Assembly: GCA_027923505.1 (NCBI GenBank)
Contig: BROI01000008.1
Coordinates: 62,001-126,000 of the forward strand
Length of the DNA: 64,000 nucleotides
Direction of reading: 5' to 3'
From: Mayamaea pseudoterrestris
Taxonomy: Eukaryota
Shown here: positions 60,057 to 64,000 of the stretch, piece after piece
Layout of the letters: every line of letters starts with the position of its first letter
Numbering within the stretch: position 1 is the first letter of the stretch
The notes under the pieces: generated by a model
Told to the model about the DNA's origin: nothing
The model's database searches: none
Seen by the model: only the letters and a program-made list of their open reading frames with translations
Program-made: the position numbers and the translations under genes

Positions 60057-63000
60057 GGCGCCATGTATACACCCAAAGGCCAGAATGCCAACATCATTAT
60101 TCAGGCTGCGCTACAAGATGATATGCCTGGCTAGTGTCTCAGGGGACGGCAATGATATTGGTGACAACTTGTCACCAGTCTCAGCCTGCAGATGCCGTGA
60201 CATTCAAACGCCCCTACAGCAGGCCATGTATGCACCCAAATGACACCAGAATGGTGCCAACATCATTATTCAGGCTGCGCAACAAGATGGTATGCCTGGC
60301 TAGTGTCTCAGGGGACGGCAATGATATTGGTGACAACTTGTCCACCTCCTGCAGATGCCGTGACATTCAAACGCCCCTACAGCAGGCCATGTATACACCC
60401 AAATGACACCAGAATGGTGCCAACATCATTATTCAGGCTGCGCTACAAGATGGTATGCCTGGCTAGTGTCTCAGGGGACGGCAATGATATTGGTGACAAC
60501 TTGTCACCAGTCTCAGCCTGCAGATGCCGTGACATTCAAACGCCCCTACAGCAGGCCATGTATACACCCAAATGACACCAGAATGGTGCCAACATCATTA
60601 TTCAGGCTGCGCAACAAGATGGTATGCCTGGCTAGTGTCTCAGGGGACGGCAATGATATTGGTGACAACTTGTCACCAGTCTCAGCCTGCAGATGCCGTG
60701 ACATTCAAACGCCCCTACAGCAGGCCATGTATACACCCAAATGACACCAGAATGGTGCCAACATCATTATTCAGGCTGCGCAACAAGATGGTATGCCTGG
60801 CTAGTGTCTCAGGGGACGGCAATGATATTGGTGACAACTTGTCACCAGTCTCAGCCTGCAGATGCCGTGACATTCAAACGCCCCTACAGCAGGCCATGTA
60901 GGTACACCCAAATGACACCAGAATGGTGCCAACATCATTATTCAGGCTGCGCTACAAGATGGTATGCCTGGCTAGTGTCTCAGGGGACGGCAATGATATT
61001 GGTGACAACTTGTCACCAGTCTCAGCCTGCAGATGCCGTGACATTCAAACGCCCCTACAGCAGGCCATGTATACACCCAAATGACACCAGAATGGTGCCA
61101 ACATCATTATTCAGGCTGCGCTACAAGATGGTATGCCTGGCTAGTGTCTCAGGGGACGGCAATGATATTGGTGACAACTTGTCACCAGTCTCAGCCTGCA
61201 GATGCCGTGACATTCAAACGCCCCTACAGCAGGCCATGTATACACCCAAATGACACCAGAATGGTGCCAACATCATTATTCAGGCTGCGCTACAAGATGG
61301 TATGCCTGGCTAGTGTCTCAGGGGACGGCAATGATATTGGTGACAACTTGTCACCAGTCTCAGCCTGCAGATGCCGTGACATTCAAACGCCCCTACAGCA
61401 GGCCATGTATGCACCCAAATGACACCAGAATGGTGCCAACATCATTATTCAGGCTGCGCTACAAGATGGTATGCCTGGCTAGTGTCTCAGGGGACGGCAA
61501 TGATATTGGTGACAACTTGTCACCAGTCTCAGCCTGCAGATGCCGTGACATTCAAACGCCCCTACAGCAGGCCATGTACAACCCAAATGACACCAGAATG
61601 GTGCCAACATCATTATTCAGGCTGCGCTACAAGATGGTATGCCTGGCTAGTGTCTCAGGGGACGGCAATGATATTGGTGACAACTTGTCACCAGTCTCAG
61701 CCTGCAGATGCCGTGACATTCAAACGCCCCTACAGCAGGCCATGTATACACCCAAATGACACCAGAATGGTGCCAACATCATTATTCAGGCTGCGCAACA
61801 AGATGGTATGCCTGGCTAGTGTCTCAGGGGACGGCAATGATATTGGTGACAACTTGTCACCAGTCTCAGCCTGCAGATGCCGTGACATTCAAACGCCCCT
61901 ACAGCAGGCCATGAATATACCCAAATGACACCAGAATGGTGCCAACATCATTATTCAGGCTGCGCTACAAGATGGTATGCCTGGCTAGTGTCTCAGGGGA
62001 CGGTAATGACATTGGTGACAACTTGTCACCAGTCTCAGCCTTCAGATGCCGTGACATTCAAACGCCTTTACAGCAGGCCATGAATATACCCAAATGACAC
62101 CAGAATGGTGCCAACATCATTATTCAGGCTGCGCTACAAGCTGGTATGCCTGGCTAGTGTCTAAGGGGACGGCAATGATATTGGTGACAACTTGTCACCA
62201 GTCTCAGCCTGCAGATGCCGTGACATTCAAACGCCCCTACAGCAGGCCATGTATACACCCAAATGACACCAGAATTGTGCCAACATCATTATCCAGGCTG
62301 CGCTACAAGATGGTATGCCTGGCTAGTGTCTCAGGGGACGGCAATGATATTGGTGACAACTTGTCACCAGTCTCAGCCTGCAGATGCCGTGACATTCAAA
62401 CGCCCCTACAGCAGGCCATGTGTATACCCAAATGTCACCAGAAAATTGCCAACATCATTATTCAGGCTGCGCTACAAGATGGTATGCCTGGCTAGTGTCT
62501 CAGGGGACGGCAATGATATTGGTGACAACTTGTCACCAGTCTCAGCCTGCAGATGCCGTGACATTCAAACGCCCCTACAGCAGGCCATGTGTATACCCAA
62601 ATGACACCAGAATGGTGCCAACATCATTATTCAGGCTGCGCTACAAGATGGTATGCCTGGCTAGTGTCTCAGGGGACGGCAATGATATTGGTGACAACTT
62701 GTCACCAGTCTCAGCCTGCAGATGCCGTGACATTCAAACGCCCCTACAGCAGGCCATGTATACACCCAAATGACACCAGAATGGTGCCAACATCATTATC
62801 CAGGCTGCGCTACAAGATGGTATGCCTGGCTAGTGTCTCAGGGGACGGCAATGATATTGGTGACAACTTGTCACCAGTCTCAGCCTGCAGATGCCGTGAC
62901 ATTCAAACGCCCCTACAGCAGGCCATGTATACACCCAAATGACACCAGAATGGTGCCAACATCATTATTCAGGCTGCGCTACAAGATGGTATGCCTGGCT

Positions 63001-64000
63001 AGTGTCTCAGGGGACGGCAATGATATTGGTGACAACTTGTCACCAGTCTCAGCCTGCAGATGCCGTGACATTCAAACGCCCCTACAGCAGGCCATGTATA
63101 CACCCAAATGACACCAGAATGGTGCCAACATCATTATTCAGGCTGCGCTACAAGATGGTATGCCTGGCTAGTGTCTCAGGGGACGGCAATGATATTGGTG
63201 ACAACTTGTCACCAGTCTCAGCCTGCAGATGCCGTGACATTCAAACGCCCCTACAGCAGGCCATGTATACACCCAAATGACACCAGAATGGTGCCAACAT
63301 CATTATTCAGGCTGCGCTACAAGATGGTATGCCTGGCTAGTGTCTCAGGGGACGGCAATGATATTGGTGACAACTTGTCACCAGTCTCAGCCTGCAGATG
63401 CCGTGACATTCAAACGCCCCTACAGCAGGCCATGTATACACCCAAATGACACCAGAATGGTGCCAACATCATTATTCAGGCTGCGCAACAAGATGGTATG
63501 CCTGGCTAGTGTCTCAGGGGACGGCAATGATATTGGTGACAACTTGTCACCAGTCTCAGCCTGCAGATGCCGTGACATTCAAACGCCCCTACAGCAGGCC
63601 ATGTATACCCAAATGACACCAGAATGGTGCCAACATCATTATTCAGGCTGCGCTACAAGATGGTATGCCTGGCTAGTGTCTCAGGGGACGGCAATGATAT
63701 TGGTGACAACTTGTCACCAGTCTCAGCCTGCAGATGCCGTGACATTCAAATGCCCCTACAGCAGGCCATGTATACACCCAAATGACACCAGAATGGTGCC
63801 AACATCATTATTCAGGCTGCGCTACAAGATGGTATGCCTGGCTAGTGTCTCAGGGGACGGCAATGATATTGGTGACAACTTGTCACCAGTCTCAGCCTGC
63901 AGATGCCGTGACATTCAAACGCCCCTACAGCAGGCCATGTATACACCCAAATGACACCAGAATGGTGCCAACATCATTATTCAGGCTGCGCTACAAGATG
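60057..64000. repeat. Satellite B: about 23 highly homogeneous 169-bp tandem monomers, continuing past the window
   Basis: Unit AAATGACACCAGAATGGTGCCAACATC...TGGTGACAACTTGTCACCA...GGCCATGTATACACCC. The 169-bp period is seen at 60403, 60572, 60741 and at 62770, 62939, 63108. Confidence 0.98.

Noticed and set aside
42217..63954. Many short ORFs in satellites A and B
   Set aside because: They are translations of tandem repeats. The 172- and 169-bp periods shift frame each unit, and stops recur in A.
1..64000. tRNA or rRNA genes, telomeric repeats, intact transposase or reverse transcriptase
   Set aside because: None was recognisable by eye; covariance-model and HMM searches were not possible.

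Overview
Eukaryotic nuclear DNA, most likely a diatom or another photosynthetic stramenopile: short GT-AG introns, a bipartite signal+F plastid presequence on ATP sulfurylase, and diatom-type bHLH and RNI-like genes. Bases 1-40.9 kb are gene-rich. A 42-bp-period array with a conserved core and variable linkers (1875-2219) abuts a near-perfect 7,294-bp tandem duplication. The duplicated unit carries a bHLH factor, two head-to-head paralogous signal-peptide proteins with beta-barrel-like features, and a COG0523/CobW metallochaperone GTPase. Next come two RNI/LRR-like paralogs with a 1,791-bp tandem duplication between them, an Arc1p/AIMP1-like tRNA-binding protein, probable decayed RNI-like copies, a GH5 exo-beta-1,3-glucanase, a phosphatidate cytidylyltransferase, a plastid ATP sulfurylase, a membrane-anchored kinase-like protein and a coiled-coil protein. 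From about 40.9 kb the DNA turns CpG-poor and repetitive: inverted relic copies of a 169-bp satellite (B), about 17.9 kb of a 180/172-bp satellite (A) with a 352-bp dimeric higher-order structure, then a homogeneous satellite B array running off the window end. This is a candidate (peri)centromeric or subtelomeric heterochromatin block. Exon coordinates were read by hand, and family assignments rest on motif recognition, not database searches.
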